The translations under genes were made by a program, and so were the position numbers. Positions 63,200-64,000 of a DNA stretch of 64,000 nt are shown piece by piece; positions within the stretch are counted from its first letter, which is position 1, and every line of letters starts with the position of its first letter. The DNA comes from Marsupella aquatica (Eukaryota; Plantae; Marchantiophyta): positions 9,683,525 to 9,747,524 of the forward strand of contig OZ316896.1 in the NCBI GenBank assembly GCA_973895155.1. The letters run 5' to 3'. The notes beneath the pieces are model-generated. The model saw only the letters and a program-made list of their open reading frames with translations. It was not told where the DNA came from and did not search any database.

Positions 63200-63882
63200 C
63201 AGCCATGGAGGTTTCATGAGAGCCCTCGAGGAGGTTAACCCTTTAATTTCCCCTTCTACCAGCCCAGGTGTTAGCCCAAGAGTGGTTCGAGAATGAAGTG
63301 AGGGCCGGCTTCAGAAAGGCAACAAGGGTACCAAGGGATTGTTCCATCAGCCATGCAGGTTTCATGAGCCCTCGAGGAGGTTAACCCTTTAATTTCCCCT
63401 CCCACCAGTCCTTGAAGGGGTTAGCCCAAGAGTGTTTCCTGAGCAAAGTGAGGGTGGGCTTTAGAAAGGCAACAAGGGTGACAGATGTACCAAGGGATTG
63501 TTCCATCAACCATGAAGGTTTCATGAGCCCTCGAGGAGGTTAACCCTTTAATTTCCCCTCTCACCAGCCCATTAATTTCCAAGAGTGGTTCCAAAGGGAA
63601 GTGAGGGCAGGCTTTACAAAGGCACCAAGGGTGATGGATGCACCAAGGGGATTGTTCCATCAGCCCTCAACAAGGTTAGCCCTTTCATTTCCAAGAGTGG
63701 TTTTGGAGGGAAGTGAGGGCGAGCTCCAGAAAGGCAACATGGGTAACAGATGTACTCAGGGCATTGCTCCGTAGTTTTATCAGCACTTGATGAGGCTAGT
63801 CCTTTAATTTCCAAAAGTATATTTGGAGCAAAGTGGGCTATAGATAGGCAACAAGGGTGATCGGGATAACAAGGGCAATGTT
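63200..63882. repeat. Tandem array of five 120-160 bp units
   Basis: Units start at about 63200, 63348, 63507, 63661 and 63781: gccctcgaggaggttaaccctttaatttcc...ccaagagtggtt...aagtgaggg...aaaggcaacaagggt...ccaagggattgttccatc. Confidence 0.9.
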
Positions 63883-64000
63883 CACTAGTAGAAAAGACCC
63901 CTCATTCTGACCGGAACACTTATGACTCCAACTACCACAGTTATTATTCTATGACTCCAAATTTAAGGCAGTCATTTCACAACTCCATGAAAGACCACTG
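63883..64000. mobile_element. Terminus of a CACTA (En/Spm) DNA transposon extending beyond the window
   Basis: CACTAGTAGAAAA at 63883 truncates the tandem array mid-unit. Subterminal repeats TATGACTCCAA x2. Predicted TSD GTT. Confidence 0.7.

Overview
Eukaryotic land-plant nuclear DNA; gene structure and repeat content suggest a bryophyte, probably a liverwort (inference). I reconstructed six intron-containing genes by hand with consistent reading phases: a DDX3/Ded1-type DEAD-box helicase (+), a probably plastid-targeted GNAT acetyltransferase (-), an MSR1/2-like GT106 protein (+), a GT34 GMA12/MNN10-family glycosyltransferase (-), an Ataxin-7/Sgf73 homologue with both zinc fingers and a U12-type intron (-), and mitochondrial ribosomal protein bL28m (-). 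A seventh, small spliced gene candidate that the ORF track misses lies at 24.6-25.3 kb. Intergenic DNA holds a young 5'-truncated non-LTR retrotransposon with RT, CCHC and restriction-like endonuclease domains (CRE-like), two older remnants of that family, a solo LTR with a perfect TSD, three Tourist-like MITEs, a CACTA terminus, several minisatellites and degraded coding remnants. The best leads are the complete Sgf73/ATXN7 gene, the RLE retroelement family with an LxDD catalytic motif, the MSR-GT34 pair with altered or splice-dependent catalytic motifs, and the hidden micro-gene. No prokaryote-type system (CRISPR etc.) is supported.
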